Of a stretch of 64,000 nucleotides of DNA, positions 9,247-22,771 are shown piece after piece; the first letter of the stretch is position 1, and each line of letters starts with the position of its first letter. This stretch comes from Acetivibrionales bacterium (GTDB lineage Bacteria > Bacillota > Clostridia > DSM-8532): the NCBI GenBank assembly GCA_050945655.1, contig JBMNTI010000001.1, forward strand, positions 28,275 to 92,274, written 5' to 3'. The notes under the pieces are model-generated. The model was not told the origin of the DNA and ran no database searches. It saw only the letters and a list, made by a program, of their open reading frames with translations. Both the position numbers and the translations under genes were made by a program.

Positions 9247-9400
9247 CAGCCTGTGCGAAAACTACAAACAGTATTAAACCGATGCAAGTCTAGCGGCTAT
9301 AGCTGACATTTGTCATCCTGAGCGTCAACGAAGGATCTTCTGCGGTTTAGCGCTCCATCTCCAACATCCGGTTTCCAGTCGCGCTCGCTACGCAATCCAT
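9247..9400 (-). mobile_element. Family-A element, truncated (one TIR, cassette and half of the core)
   Basis: CAGCCTGTGCGAAAAC..., then the cassette, then GCGCTCCATCTCCAACATCCGGTTTCCAGTCGCGCTCGCTACGCAATCCATGCTTAGC. It ends 8 nt before the stop of the M50 protease gene. Confidence 0.8.
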
Positions 9401-9407
9401 GCTTAGC

Positions 9408-10127
9408 TTAAAATGCACCCTGCATTATTATCCAGAATATGTTGTCAGCGTCTATGCCCAATATAGTTTTTACCGTTAATGCCATACTGCGCAAAACAGG
9501 CGCGGCAACCGCCCTGATAAATGAGCTTAAGAAATCGTTGGGCGCCAATAAAACAATGGCCAAAAAGGCAAGTCCTATAAATGGTTCATAGCGCGCAAAC
9601 CTGTAAAAAGCCTCCTCAGGAATATATGCCGATATAAGTCTGGATCCGTCTAACGGCGGCACAGGTATCATATTAAATATTGCCAGATTTATGTTTACAG
9701 AAACAAGTATAAAAAAGAACAGGGAAACATATTGAAGAATCTGAAACATTCTTATGTCTGCAATCACAATAATACCAACTTCAATCAGCTTGGCTATGAT
9801 ACCTCCGATAAATATACTTATAAAGCCAAGCAAAATGTTTGACATAGGACCCGCCAGCGCCACCAGAATAGTCCCCGCCCTGCGGTTTTTCAGGTTATTA
9901 AAGTTAACCGGAACCGGCTTAGCCCAGCCAAAACCCACAGTATACATCATTAATACGCCTACAAGATCCAAATGCTTAAACGGGTTCAGGGTAAGCCTTC
10001 CGCTATTCTTAGCCGTCGGGTCACCTAATCTGTACGCCACCCATCCATGGGCAAGTTCATGCACGGGTAAAGCTATAAATAAGATCGGTGTCATAAATAA
10101 TATGTCCAGAATAGAAAAAGAATCCAT
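9408..10127 (-). CDS. Site-2 protease family (M50) zinc metalloprotease
   Basis: HELAHG zinc motif, a polytopic membrane protein, and the downstream PVPPLDGS motif. The ORF-track start at 10157 is a TTG without an RBS; the ATG at 10127 (MDSFSILD) is preferred. Confidence 0.8.
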   Translation of the reverse strand: MDSFSILDILFMTPILFIALPVHELAHGWVAYRLGDPTAKNSGRLTLNPFKHLDLVGVLMMYTVGFGWAKPVPVNFNNLKNRRAGTILVALAGPMSNILLGFISIFIGGIIAKLIEVGIIVIADIRMFQILQYVSLFFFILVSVNINLAIFNMIPVPPLDGSRLISAYIPEEAFYRFARYEPFIGLAFLAIVLLAPNDFLSSFIRAVAAPVLRSMALTVKTILGIDADNIFWIIMQGAF

Positions 10128-10172
10128 ATCTAACCTATCTTTCAGAGTCCTATACAAAAAATATCTGAATGG

Positions 10173-10538
10173 TTACTTCAGCAAATTTAATATAGGATCG
10201 GTAAAAACAATTATTCCTATTATAACAGAGACAAATGCACTTACCAATACGGCAGCTGCGCTTATATCCTTTACTTTCTTTGCCTGTTCCGAGTATTCTG
10301 AAGTAACCATATCGGTAAGCATTTCAATCACGGTATTAATTAGCTCGCATATAAAAACCAATCCAATTGCCGATAATACGGCCAGCCAGCGCAGCATGTC
10401 GAGTTTTAATAGCATTCCCAAAATTATAGCCATTATTGCCGCGCCAATATGTATTTTCATATTTCGCTCTGCAACTATGGCTTGACAGAATCCGTCAAAG
10501 GCATTCTTAAAACTTTTGGCTATACTTTTATTTTTCAT
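10173..10538 (-). CDS. dgkA: Diacylglycerol/undecaprenol kinase (DgkA family)
   Basis: 121-aa, 3-TM protein (FKNAFDGF...ERNMKIH...NTVIE). It sits directly after ybeY, as in Bacillus yqfG-dgkA. Confidence 0.85.
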   Translation of the reverse strand: MKNKSIAKSFKNAFDGFCQAIVAERNMKIHIGAAIMAIILGMLLKLDMLRWLAVLSAIGLVFICELINTVIEMLTDMVTSEYSEQAKKVKDISAAAVLVSAFVSVIIGIIVFTDPILNLLK

Positions 10539-11023
10539 TTTCTGGATAGCCCCATTTCGTTTAATACTTCTTCCTGCAAAGAAAACATACGCTTTTTGTC
10601 TTCATCGGTCTCATGGTCATGTCCCATAAGATGCAAAACACCATGAACAGCCAAAAATGATAATTCCCTTTCTAATGAATGTCCGTATTCCTTAGCCTGT
10701 TCAAAGGCCTTTTCTGCCGAAATAAGTATATCCCCTAAAAATACTCTTCCCGTATCGGGCTCTAAATCGCCAGGCTGCAGTTGAGGTTCACCACTAACAT
10801 ATTCAATGGATGGAAATGAAAGTACATCTGTGGGCTTATCAATTCCGCGATGTTCCCTGTTATATTCCTGAATAGATCTATTCTCTGTTAATGTAACGGA
10901 AATTTCGCAAGGGTAAGGGAAATTCTCTTTTTTTACACATAGCTTAATTGCCTTTTCAATTAGTTTTTGTGTATCCTTTGATATTTCCTGCGTCTTCTGG
11001 TAATTGTGAAAAGTAATCTTCAT
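10535..11023 (-). CDS. ybeY: rRNA maturation endoribonuclease YbeY
   Basis: HGVLHLMGHDH metal-binding motif. The start is set at the internal ATG (MKITFHNYQ); the longer ORF-track version would overlap the upstream gene by about 100 nt. Confidence 0.92.
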   Translation of the reverse strand: MKITFHNYQKTQEISKDTQKLIEKAIKLCVKKENFPYPCEISVTLTENRSIQEYNREHRGIDKPTDVLSFPSIEYVSGEPQLQPGDLEPDTGRVFLGDILISAEKAFEQAKEYGHSLERELSFLAVHGVLHLMGHDHETDEDKKRMFSLQEEVLNEMGLSRK

Positions 11024-11045
11024 TTGCCGCTTCACTCCTGTGTCC

Positions 11046-13220
11046 TTAACTGGTTTTAGGGGCATTATATATGCTGTTGTCCAACTCCGACAGACTATTT
11101 TTCTTTTCCAACTCAGGATATTCGGGACGTTCATGATAAACACCGCTCAATACCTGCATAAAGCTGTCGGCTATAGTGCTTAGATCTTTCAGTGTCAGAT
11201 CACAACGGCTAAGCTGATTGTCATCAAGCTTGTCCTTAATTATTTTTCTCACGAGTCCCTCGGTTTTTCCCGGGGTTTTTTCCGGCAAAGAGCGAACAGC
11301 AGCTTCTACAGAATCGGCAAGCATTACTACTGCAGACTCCCTGCTATCGGGTACGGGCCCTTCATAGCGAAAACTATCTTCATCCGGTTCTTCTGTTTTA
11401 TCGGCCTGGGTTGCTTTGTGGTAAAAATAGGCCACCAGTGTATTCCCATGGTGCTGGGCTATAATATCACTTATTATTTTGGGCAGGTGATACTTGGCTG
11501 CCAATTCTTCCCCATCCTTTGTGTGGGAAGTGATAACAAGGGTGCTCAAATTAGGAGTAAGTTTGTCATGAGGGTTGTCCGACAATTGATTTTCTTTGAA
11601 AAAGTGTGGGCGCTTCAGCTTTCCAACATCGTGAAAATATGCTCCTACTCTTGCTAACAAGGCATTCCCCCCAATTTCTCGGGTTGCCACCTCGGCCAGA
11701 TTCCCCACCATAAGACTATGGTGATATGTGCCGGGAGCCTCCATGAGTAGCCGCTTCAAAAGCGGATGGTTAGGATCGGCCAATTCAAGAAGCTTCAAAG
11801 GTGTTACCACGTTAAAGGTGGTCTCCAAAAACGGCAACAGGCCTATTGCAAGAACAATAGAAAGAAGACCGTTGATAAAAGCCAATCCTCCGTCATTTAA
11901 CAAGCTCTCCAAACTTTTCTTTTCGATCAAACCTATCAGAACTATGATTAAGGCATTTAAACAACCCAACACAAAACCTGTCATTGATATTTTTCTTCTT
12001 TGAGTGGCATTCGCTGTGAAAAATGCGGCAAATATTCCTCCCAATATTGCCATGATCATAAATTCAAAATTTCCGCCTACCATAAGCGAAAAGCTGAAAG
12101 TAAGAAGTATATTTATGGTAAGAGCCGGTTCTATGCCTAAAAAAATCGCAATAAGAACCGGAGTAATAAATATTGGAATGATAAAGTAGGATAAATCAGG
12201 AATAAATTCCCGGATAGCCCAGGCAAACAGGCTTGTAATAAGTATGGACACGCAGATCAACAGCACCGAGTTTCGATCATAATACACTTTCGGGTGAAAA
12301 TTTCTCAAATATAGAAAAGCACTTATAAACAAGAGAAGATTTATTATAAAAACGGCTATATAAAGGAGATAATCCGGCTTACCCTCACTATCTATGTAGT
12401 TTATCTCTTTTAAAACCTCATATTTGTCCTCTGTGACCACATCATCCTTGCTTATTATCCGTTCATCCTTATAAATAATAACCGGATTCTCTTTAATATA
12501 GCTTTCGATATATGCTTCACGCTGGGCGTTTGTGGCCTCTTCATCAAGCCGGCTGTTTGGCTTTATTACCTTTTGCAGAACATCTATGGCTATTGGTTTC
12601 AGATGCTCGATTGGGTGCCCTTCCCCTATTATTTCAAGAGCGCCTGCTATTTCTATGGCCAGATTATCTTCCATCAGCTTCTTTTTGGTCAGCCGGGGAA
12701 TGATTTCTCTGATCACGGTACTTTTTAGTATCTGAAGACCCTCACCGTTTCTTTCCGACATCAGTTCAGCCAAGTCATGTTCTTCCAGATCGAAAAGAAC
12801 CTCATATTCTCCTTGCCCGTCATAGTTTTGGATCTTTTCATTCAGGGTTTTATACCCTGTATCTTCATAAACTTCCAGAATAAGCTTGTCCAGGCCTTCG
12901 AAATATTCGTACGCCCCGTTCAGCATATCACTATTGGCATTATCTATATCTATTACCACGGGAGTCAACTTTGACGCTTTCTCCTCGGCATTTTGTCTTG
13001 TTCTTAACTTATTCTCGATATCCCGGGGAGCTTGAATGTCATACTGGGAAATATCGCCTTTCTCCAGTTTATACTTTACAGGAGCTGCTTCGTATGCGAC
13101 TATAGCCGACAATATCAGCCAGGTAACAGAAATTACGAGGTTTCTTTGAAACAAAGTGCTTCTTAGCAGCTTAAAAAACTTCATGTCTGTATTCTTTTTA
13201 TTCTTTTTATTCTTTGCCAT
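11046..13220 (-). CDS. pgpH: 7TM-HD membrane phosphohydrolase (HDIG domain, PgpH/YqfF family; c-di-AMP phosphodiesterase family)
   Basis: 724 aa with an extracellular N-terminal domain, a 7TM block and a C-terminal HD domain (HSLMVGNLA...YFHDVGK...QHHG). Conserved phoH-pgpH-ybeY order. Confidence 0.85.
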   Translation of the reverse strand: MAKNKKNKKNTDMKFFKLLRSTLFQRNLVISVTWLILSAIVAYEAAPVKYKLEKGDISQYDIQAPRDIENKLRTRQNAEEKASKLTPVVIDIDNANSDMLNGAYEYFEGLDKLILEVYEDTGYKTLNEKIQNYDGQGEYEVLFDLEEHDLAELMSERNGEGLQILKSTVIREIIPRLTKKKLMEDNLAIEIAGALEIIGEGHPIEHLKPIAIDVLQKVIKPNSRLDEEATNAQREAYIESYIKENPVIIYKDERIISKDDVVTEDKYEVLKEINYIDSEGKPDYLLYIAVFIINLLLFISAFLYLRNFHPKVYYDRNSVLLICVSILITSLFAWAIREFIPDLSYFIIPIFITPVLIAIFLGIEPALTINILLTFSFSLMVGGNFEFMIMAILGGIFAAFFTANATQRRKISMTGFVLGCLNALIIVLIGLIEKKSLESLLNDGGLAFINGLLSIVLAIGLLPFLETTFNVVTPLKLLELADPNHPLLKRLLMEAPGTYHHSLMVGNLAEVATREIGGNALLARVGAYFHDVGKLKRPHFFKENQLSDNPHDKLTPNLSTLVITSHTKDGEELAAKYHLPKIISDIIAQHHGNTLVAYFYHKATQADKTEEPDEDSFRYEGPVPDSRESAVVMLADSVEAAVRSLPEKTPGKTEGLVRKIIKDKLDDNQLSRCDLTLKDLSTIADSFMQVLSGVYHERPEYPELEKKNSLSELDNSIYNAPKTS

Positions 13221-14186
13221 TTACGATCCCCTGCCTTTCGCGTCATATTCATATGCTTTAATAATACGCTGGACAAGCTCGTGCCTCACCACATCCCGCT
13301 CGGTTAGATAAACAAAGGACAGACCATCCACATTTTTGAGTATTTTTCTGGCTTCGTTCAGGCCGGATTTGCCACCAGGAAGATCGATCTGAGTAATGTC
13401 ACCGGTTATTACCATCCTGGATCCTATGCCCATACGCGTGAGAAACATTTTCATTTGCTCCGGTGTTGTGTTCTGAGCCTCATCCAGGATTATAAATGAA
13501 TCGTCGAGGGTTCTTCCCCTCATATAAGCAAGAGGAGCAACCTCAATGGTACCTTTTTCTAGGTTGCTCTGATAGGTTTCGGGTCCCATAATCTGATAAA
13601 GGGCATCATATAAAGGGCGTAGATACGGATCTACCTTATGCTGAAGGTCGCCAGGCAAAAATCCCAGCCGTTCGCCTGCTTCGACAGCCGGACGCGTTAA
13701 AATAATACGGCTGACCAACTTTTTTCTGAACGACATTACCGCAAGGGCAACCGCAAGAAAGGTTTTTCCTGTACCTGCAGGTCCTATCCCAAAAACTATA
13801 GGATTCTTGCGCATGGCCTCTACGTATTTTTTCTGTCCCAGGGTTTTCGACTTGATAGGCTTTCCTCTGTAGGTTACACAAATTTGATCCAATAAAACAT
13901 TTTCATTGACGATACGCTCCTCTTCGGTAAGCTCTAAAAGGTAGCGGACATTCTGCTCGGTAATGCTGTCTCCGGCTTCCGCAATAGTAATCAGTTTGTT
14001 CAGGATGTCAACGGCAATATCGGCACGGCTCTCAAAACCGGCTATATGCAATTGGTCATTTCTGGCCGTGATCTTAACATCCAATCTATCCTCAATAATC
14101 TTAATATTTTTATCGTTCGCTCCGAACAAGTTTAGTGTAAAATCCGGTTCAGGCAATTCTAATTGTCTTTCAACAACTGTATCCAA
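13221..14186 (-). CDS. phoH: PhoH-like ATPase (YbeZ/PhoH family)
   Basis: KH-like N-terminus plus a P-loop (GPAGTGKTFLAV) and ILDEAQN Walker B. Confidence 0.93.
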   Translation of the reverse strand: MDTVVERQLELPEPDFTLNLFGANDKNIKIIEDRLDVKITARNDQLHIAGFESRADIAVDILNKLITIAEAGDSITEQNVRYLLELTEEERIVNENVLLDQICVTYRGKPIKSKTLGQKKYVEAMRKNPIVFGIGPAGTGKTFLAVALAVMSFRKKLVSRIILTRPAVEAGERLGFLPGDLQHKVDPYLRPLYDALYQIMGPETYQSNLEKGTIEVAPLAYMRGRTLDDSFIILDEAQNTTPEQMKMFLTRMGIGSRMVITGDITQIDLPGGKSGLNEARKILKNVDGLSFVYLTERDVVRHELVQRIIKAYEYDAKGRGS

Positions 14187-14215
14187 AGCTTTTCTGCCTT
14201 TCTCTCAATTTGTTT

Positions 14216-15409
14216 TTACTGCATTACAGGTTCAAGGCCCGCAATATCTTCCTCGCATTCAAAAACTACCTGTATATATAATTTATCATTATCTCCATTA
14301 TATTGTTTAACTATCTCATCGACAACACGGCAATCCTTTGGGATCCTTTTCAATAAATCTTTTTTTGCAGTTTCCGCGGTCACATCAATAGCTTCTTCCA
14401 GTGTCAAATCCACTTGTTTCTCTTCTATTTCGGAACTCTCTTCAACTGTAAGTCCAATGGGTAATTCCAATCCGAAGGGGCCCACAATAGGCTTCTCAAT
14501 AGTAACTGTATCAAACATTTCATAGGGTATGCCCCCTCCGAACACCTTAAGTCTGCTGTCTAAAAATCTAAAATAAATAATTTTATGAACCTTGCCGGTC
14601 TTCAGTCTTTGATTATATACCATAGAAACAGGCAGGGAACTTTCATACCATGTCCTTGCAATCACCTTACCCAGTGCATGTATGTCTCGAGTACCAAACT
14701 CCGGATTCTTGCTTTCCAGCCTGCCCGATACAAGAACCTGCCCTTTTTTTACTGTTTCTCCTTCCTTAACCAGCGCATTACCCGCATATACTTCCATTTT
14801 TTTTATCAAGCCGTCCCTTTCGGCGACAATATTAAATGATTCGTTATTTTTTATCGGAACCGGAGCCTCTATACTATCCTTAATGGTTATAAAAAGCTTT
14901 ACTCCCTTGATCTCCACTCCTGCCCATGCTATTCCGTCAACATTAAGAGCTAATCTGGACGCAATTTTTTTCGGATTCAGCTTCATTTTAAAGCTTCCTC
15001 TTCCTATATTATCCACATTTAATACATTCATAACCTGCGGAATCATTTCCGGCTTACAACCGGTTATTTCGATGTCCCATATTATTGATACGGATAATAC
15101 TAATAAGACGACAAAAATAAGCAATCCCAGCTTAAAGCCTTTTCTTTTTTTAAAGCGATACAGAAAAAAAGGTAATCCGCATTTTTCCCTTATACGGACT
15201 TTACATCCGGATTTTTTCGCCGCCGGCCGCATCAGGCGAAATCCCCGAAGACTTGCCTTCATGGCCGCTGATTCCATATCAACTCTTACTATATCCCACA
15301 ACAGGATCTGGCGTTTTGAGCAAATATTAATAAAACGTTCTATACTTCTGCCGGTAACTATAATGATAACATATCCTCTGATATAATTCCATAAATGAAC
15401 AAGAAACAT
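14216..15409 (-). CDS. yqfD: Sporulation protein YqfD
   Basis: 397 aa with the N-terminal YqfD fold signature (IRGYVIIIVTG...ERFIN) and a central TM. Follows yqfC. Confidence 0.88.
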   Translation of the reverse strand: MFLVHLWNYIRGYVIIIVTGRSIERFINICSKRQILLWDIVRVDMESAAMKASLRGFRLMRPAAKKSGCKVRIREKCGLPFFLYRFKKRKGFKLGLLIFVVLLVLSVSIIWDIEITGCKPEMIPQVMNVLNVDNIGRGSFKMKLNPKKIASRLALNVDGIAWAGVEIKGVKLFITIKDSIEAPVPIKNNESFNIVAERDGLIKKMEVYAGNALVKEGETVKKGQVLVSGRLESKNPEFGTRDIHALGKVIARTWYESSLPVSMVYNQRLKTGKVHKIIYFRFLDSRLKVFGGGIPYEMFDTVTIEKPIVGPFGLELPIGLTVEESSEIEEKQVDLTLEEAIDVTAETAKKDLLKRIPKDCRVVDEIVKQYNGDNDKLYIQVVFECEEDIAGLEPVMQ

Positions 15410-15427
15410 GATTTAACCAACTCTCTT

Positions 15428-15748
15428 TTAGGCATCATAATCTATATTCGAAATTTTACCGCCGATAATGATTTCCTCATTGGTTATCTCCCTGATATTC
15501 AGTCCGTCTCCCGTGACCTTTATTACACCATTATTTGTATTAATTCTTATCATACCGTCCTGAAAATCCATGATTCCTTTAAAATTCTCTATTAAAACTT
15601 CTCCCCTGCCGATAGCAGTGACCTTTGGCCTATTCCCGCATACATCTCCAGGTATTTCAAACAAACGTGCAAGTTTTTCTCCCAGGCTTTCCCCTGTCTC
15701 CTTCTTATCCTCCTTAGCTCCTTTTAATCTATAAATACCTCTTTTCAT
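15428..15748 (-). CDS. yqfC: Sporulation protein YqfC
   Basis: 106 aa; the motif VTAIGRGEVLIENFKGI...I.V.G..L.I is typical of YqfC. Synteny with yqfD. Confidence 0.88.
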   Translation of the reverse strand: MKRGIYRLKGAKEDKKETGESLGEKLARLFEIPGDVCGNRPKVTAIGRGEVLIENFKGIMDFQDGMIRINTNNGVIKVTGDGLNIREITNEEIIIGGKISNIDYDA

Positions 15749-16653
15749 TAACCTTCACCTCGCGCAAGCTTTTCCAACTCAAAAACATCTCCAAATTCGT
15801 ACCCAGCGGATCTGACATATTCGATAATAGCGTTCAGTGCTTCACAGTTGTCCTTAGAGACTGCGTGAAGAAGCATTATTTCACCATTGTGCAGATTCTT
15901 CGTCACTTTTTCAAATGCATATTGCCATCCCTTTTGGCTATTTACATTCCAATCATCGTAGGCAAAGCTCCAGAAAACATTGACATATCCCAGATTTGAG
16001 GTTGTTTCAAGTGATCTTTCGCTATACTCCCCTTTTGGTGGTCTTAAGAAAACCATATTCTTTCCATACTTTTGATAAAAGCGTCTGTCCAGACCCACAA
16101 CCTCTTCTTCAATCTCCTTATTATCAAGCAGCGGAAGACTTTTGTGATTAATGGTGTGATTGCCGACCCCATGGCCTTCATCCAGCATCCGGCGAATCAG
16201 AAGATCCTCCTTTTCCAGATAAGGGCCTGTAATGAAAAATAATGCCTTTACATTGTTCTCATAAAGTGTATCAAGAATTTTTGCGGTATACCCGTTCTCA
16301 TACCCTTCATCGAATGTAAGATATACTATTTTCTTTTCAGTATCTCCCAGGTATATGGAATTATATCGTGTAAGTATTTCAGGTGCTCCGGGATCTGCTT
16401 TCGGAAGACCGCCGTCCTTACCTCTGGTAAGCCCCCAGCTTCTCAATCTATTATACCGGTCGTCGGCTCCCGCTCCATATAACCGGCTATTTCCGTCTAT
16501 ATCGGTATCTCCTTCAGATAATGCACCCGTCAGTTCCTCAGAATAGATTGATTCCACTGTGAAGGAAATTTCGGGAATAATGAGCAGGAAGACCGTTATT
16601 ACAGCTAACACGCTTAAAATAATAAAGCTAAAATATTTGTATATTCTTTCCAC
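15748..16653 (-). CDS. pdaA: Delta-lactam-biosynthetic peptidoglycan de-N-acetylase (polysaccharide deacetylase, PdaA-like)
   Basis: YLTFDEGYENGYT...FFITG...GNHT.NH...LRPP.G...LLHAVS.DN closely parallels B. subtilis PdaA. Has an N-terminal TM/signal anchor. Confidence 0.8.
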   Translation of the reverse strand: MERIYKYFSFIILSVLAVITVFLLIIPEISFTVESIYSEELTGALSEGDTDIDGNSRLYGAGADDRYNRLRSWGLTRGKDGGLPKADPGAPEILTRYNSIYLGDTEKKIVYLTFDEGYENGYTAKILDTLYENNVKALFFITGPYLEKEDLLIRRMLDEGHGVGNHTINHKSLPLLDNKEIEEEVVGLDRRFYQKYGKNMVFLRPPKGEYSERSLETTSNLGYVNVFWSFAYDDWNVNSQKGWQYAFEKVTKNLHNGEIMLLHAVSKDNCEALNAIIEYVRSAGYEFGDVFELEKLARGEG

Positions 16654-16795
16654 AGCCTATCACCATAATAAAAAAGAGCCATTGCTATTGAATGACTCTT
16701 ATCTCCTAACAACATTATATTACATACGGACAGGCTAAAATTACTGAGTATGCAAAAACGTCCGTTAAGCTGCGGCAAATATCTACTGAATAAAA

Positions 16796-17485
16796 TCACT
16801 GCACCGGGTTAAGCTTATCAATCTTTATATATTCCTCCCTGATGGCAGGGATAATAACAACATCCTCTTTTTTTAAACTGGTTTTAAACTCATAGTATTG
16901 ATATTTTTCCAGAATCCCGCCTAAAAGCTTCAGGGATCTTTCCATATTATCCGCATTTCCTATAGCCTTTATTGTGTACGGCGGAACAAGCTGGTTCCCG
17001 TTTACCATTATGTAGTCCCCGGCTTTTCGTATCTCGCTCATTGCTACGATTCTTTCATCATTTACCGAAATAGCCTGAACATCACTGGCTTTAAGCTCAT
17101 TGATCAGTTCTTCGATATGCCGGTCTTCTACTGATTTGGTTCCACCGGCCTCTATTGTAATTATCAACCCTGATCCCTTGACCGTTTCAAGTCCGGCCTT
17201 TATGCGTGCCAACAGCACAGATCGTTCCAGAGCTTCAACATTTTCCTTTACGCCCGTTTCACCCGCTTTTAAGGTATCGACTTCCCGTTGCAGCTCCTGA
17301 AGCCTTTGCTTTAAAGTATCATTATTATTCTTTTCTATTAAAAGTTCTTCGATTATTTCACTTACGTTTTTCTTTTCATATTGGGCTAAAACCTGGTTTA
17401 ATTTGACACTTCTATATTGCCATGCCATAATGACACCTAAAATAAGACACACGGCTGCAAGGGATATTGTTCTGAAAGTCTTCAC
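16796..17485 (-). CDS. DUF881 domain-containing protein
   Basis: N-terminal TM, coiled-coil linker, then a DUF881 core (GSGLIITI...DRHIE...LINELKASDVQAISVNDERI). Tandem paralog of the upstream gene. Confidence 0.8.
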   Translation of the reverse strand: MKTFRTISLAAVCLILGVIMAWQYRSVKLNQVLAQYEKKNVSEIIEELLIEKNNNDTLKQRLQELQREVDTLKAGETGVKENVEALERSVLLARIKAGLETVKGSGLIITIEAGGTKSVEDRHIEELINELKASDVQAISVNDERIVAMSEIRKAGDYIMVNGNQLVPPYTIKAIGNADNMERSLKLLGGILEKYQYYEFKTSLKKEDVVIIPAIREEYIKIDKLNPVQ

Positions 17486-18219
17486 TACTTAACCACCTCC
17501 AAACCGTTCAGAGCGTTTTCAAGAGCGCTGTACAACCTATATCTGCTTATAATAATGTTATCCTGTTTTTCAACATCTATACGAATATTGGTCAATCTCA
17601 TAAAAGCTACCTGAGGCATGCTTTCAATTGCTTCATATAAAATTTCCGGATTTCCTATTGCCTTAATCACATAGGGAGGGGGATACCTGCTTTCATTGAC
17701 TATTATAGTAGGACCAGCACAAACCGGCTTTGTTGTAAGCACTACTCTTTCTCCGTTCACAGAGATTGCCTGGGCGCCGTTTGCCTTCAATTCATCCAGA
17801 ATATCATTAACATTATTGTCATGGATAATATACTCTTCTATGTCAAGCTCTCCCTTGGCAGGCGCATCTTCCATTGTGATTACGACTCCGCTGCCGCTAA
17901 CCTCAACCAGACCTGCCCGCAGATACTCATAATCCTTTTGCTTAAGCAATTCGTTAATTTCCTGATTGTTCAAATTATTTCCTATATTTTTCCACAACAA
18001 TTCCCGCTCGGCTTCAACGCTTGCCAGCTGCTCCATAAGTTTTTTATTCTCATTCCTTTCCTTCTCAAGCTGTGTTGCAAGCTGCTTTGCCGACGGCCCA
18101 TTTTTGGGCTCAGCCATAATGATGCCTTTGAATTGAAGATTTATTATAAGTCCAAAAATAAAAAATAATATAAATATCATGGCGCGATGGCCTTTGTTCA
18201 TCTGGATCCTGCCTTTCAA
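17485..18219 (-). CDS. DUF881 domain-containing protein
   Basis: Same architecture as 16796..17485 (GSGVVITM...ILDELKANGAQAISVNGERV). Its stop overlaps the start of the next gene. Confidence 0.8.
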   Translation of the reverse strand: MKGRIQMNKGHRAMIFILFFIFGLIINLQFKGIIMAEPKNGPSAKQLATQLEKERNENKKLMEQLASVEAERELLWKNIGNNLNNQEINELLKQKDYEYLRAGLVEVSGSGVVITMEDAPAKGELDIEEYIIHDNNVNDILDELKANGAQAISVNGERVVLTTKPVCAGPTIIVNESRYPPPYVIKAIGNPEILYEAIESMPQVAFMRLTNIRIDVEKQDNIIISRYRLYSALENALNGLEVVK

Positions 18220-18222
18220 AAA

Positions 18223-19314
18223 TCATATAAATTCCTTAATCCTCACCAATTTTGATGCCGAGGTGTCAATGAATCTATCTCCGACCTGTACAACCGGTCG
18301 GGACAGATTAGCCTTATTCATGAATATTACCACACCTTGCTCCCCTGTGTTCAGCACAACTTTGGCACCTATATAGTAGGAAGTGATATTATTTAAAAAT
18401 ACGTTCAATACTATCGGGTCTAATACGCCAAAGCTGCCATGCTGCATTAATTCAAATACCTTAAAAGGAGTGTCTTTGCTTTTATATGAACGATTTGCCG
18501 TCATTGCATCGAATATGTCCGCTACCGTGATTATTTTTGAGTAAAGATTTATTTTATTTCCCGTAATGCCCATAGGATAGCCGCTTCCGTCTTCTTTCTC
18601 GTGGTGCGTAAGAATAGCTTTTGCTACCTCAGGAGAGACTTCGGACGAGTTTTTCACTATGTTATATCCATATTCAGAATGTCTTTTCATTTCGTTAAAT
18701 TCGCTATCTGTCAGTTTGCCGGGCTTATTGAGTATTTCCAGCGGTATTTTTGTCTTTCCGATGTCATGAAGGAGACCGGCTTGGGTCAGATTTCTGATGT
18801 GGTATTCATCCAGCCTCATCCACTTACCTATAATCATACAGAGCATCGAAACATTAATGCTATGGTAGTATGTATATTCATCGATGTTTCTGACCTGTGT
18901 TATGGTATCTATGATATTGCGGTTACTCTCAGATTTCTTCACAATTGAATTTACAATTTTCTCGGTAGCCTGCACATCAATGTTTCTGCCTGATGATATG
19001 TCCTGGAACATTTGCTTAGTTGAATTCAAATCACTTTCATACTCAGCCAGAAAACGCTCAGGAGTATCCTCGTCGTAATTAAATCCACTCGTTTGCTGAG
19101 GGTCTTCCATTTGAACGTATAATTCATCAACTCCCACATTTTTAAGGCGCTGAATGGTGAGGCTGTCCAAAGCAACCCCATCCCAAAGCATGACATTCCC
19201 TTGCTTATTAAAAACAACCTCTGCTGTTTTCATACCCGGATTTACTAAATCAATGGGTAAAAGCATTTTCTTATTTACCATGCAGCACAGCCTCCAGTCC
19301 CTCAGATTTTTCAT
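18223..19314 (-). CDS. HD-GYP domain protein (putative c-di-GMP phosphodiesterase)
   Basis: HDIGK plus HHEKEDGSGYP signature in the C-terminal half; N-terminal uncharacterised sensor-like domain. Confidence 0.85.
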   Translation of the reverse strand: MKNLRDWRLCCMVNKKMLLPIDLVNPGMKTAEVVFNKQGNVMLWDGVALDSLTIQRLKNVGVDELYVQMEDPQQTSGFNYDEDTPERFLAEYESDLNSTKQMFQDISSGRNIDVQATEKIVNSIVKKSESNRNIIDTITQVRNIDEYTYYHSINVSMLCMIIGKWMRLDEYHIRNLTQAGLLHDIGKTKIPLEILNKPGKLTDSEFNEMKRHSEYGYNIVKNSSEVSPEVAKAILTHHEKEDGSGYPMGITGNKINLYSKIITVADIFDAMTANRSYKSKDTPFKVFELMQHGSFGVLDPIVLNVFLNNITSYYIGAKVVLNTGEQGVVIFMNKANLSRPVVQVGDRFIDTSASKLVRIKEFI

Positions 19315-19359
19315 TAGTCTCTCTTATAATATCGAAATTTCTGAGGTCTGCCTTAAGAG

Positions 19360-22270
<2,911 letters not shown>

Positions 22271-22356
22271 CAGCCCATCCTCCAATTAATACTGCATTTT
22301 TTATGATACACTAATTTGTGCATAAATAACAGTAGTGATCATCATATAAGACGAGG

Positions 22357-22670
22357 TATGCCAGGTGACGGTTCTGCTGTCTAATGAGAAACCTTGTCCC
22401 CTGTTTTACTACGTTATCTAGTTGTGCAAGGTTTTTCATTAGTAGCCTTAGGGTACTACGGAACCTCTTTAGCCGATATCATACGTGCCGATCAGGAATT
22501 TCATCCGGAAATTATTCGCGGCTGCTACGCAATCCTGCTCCGCTTCACGCATGACATCGGCAGCAGTTCCTATCATGTTAAACATTGTGAAGCGAGAACC
22601 TTGCACCAGCACAACCTGGTAACTAACATCATTAAGTGGGCGCAAGGTTTTTATCAGGCAGAAGAACCAT
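22357..22670. repeat. Mosaic repeat island downstream of gpr (module C in minus orientation at 22455..22573 plus GAGAACCTTGCAC/GTGCAAGGTT hairpin modules)
   Basis: It is the reverse complement of the 24202..24420 island (GACGGTTCTGCTGTCT..., module C). The hairpin arms GAGAAACCTTG/CAAGGTTTTTC and GAGAACCTTGC/GCAAGGTTTTT can be seen directly. A module-B tail fragment follows at 22845..22893. Confidence 0.85.
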
Positions 22671-22771
22671 CAGACTGTGCGAAATTTTTTATATATGCAG
22701 GTAATAATATTTGATTATGCAATCGTAAATAAGCGGCGTGGTTGCTGCGATTTAAAGCGAAGCATGGATTG
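22671..22771 (+). mobile_element. Family-A element, 5' half only
   Basis: CAGACTGTGCGAAATT...AATAAGCGGCGTGGTTGCTGCGATTTAAAGCGAAGCATGGATTG, after which similarity is lost. Confidence 0.8.
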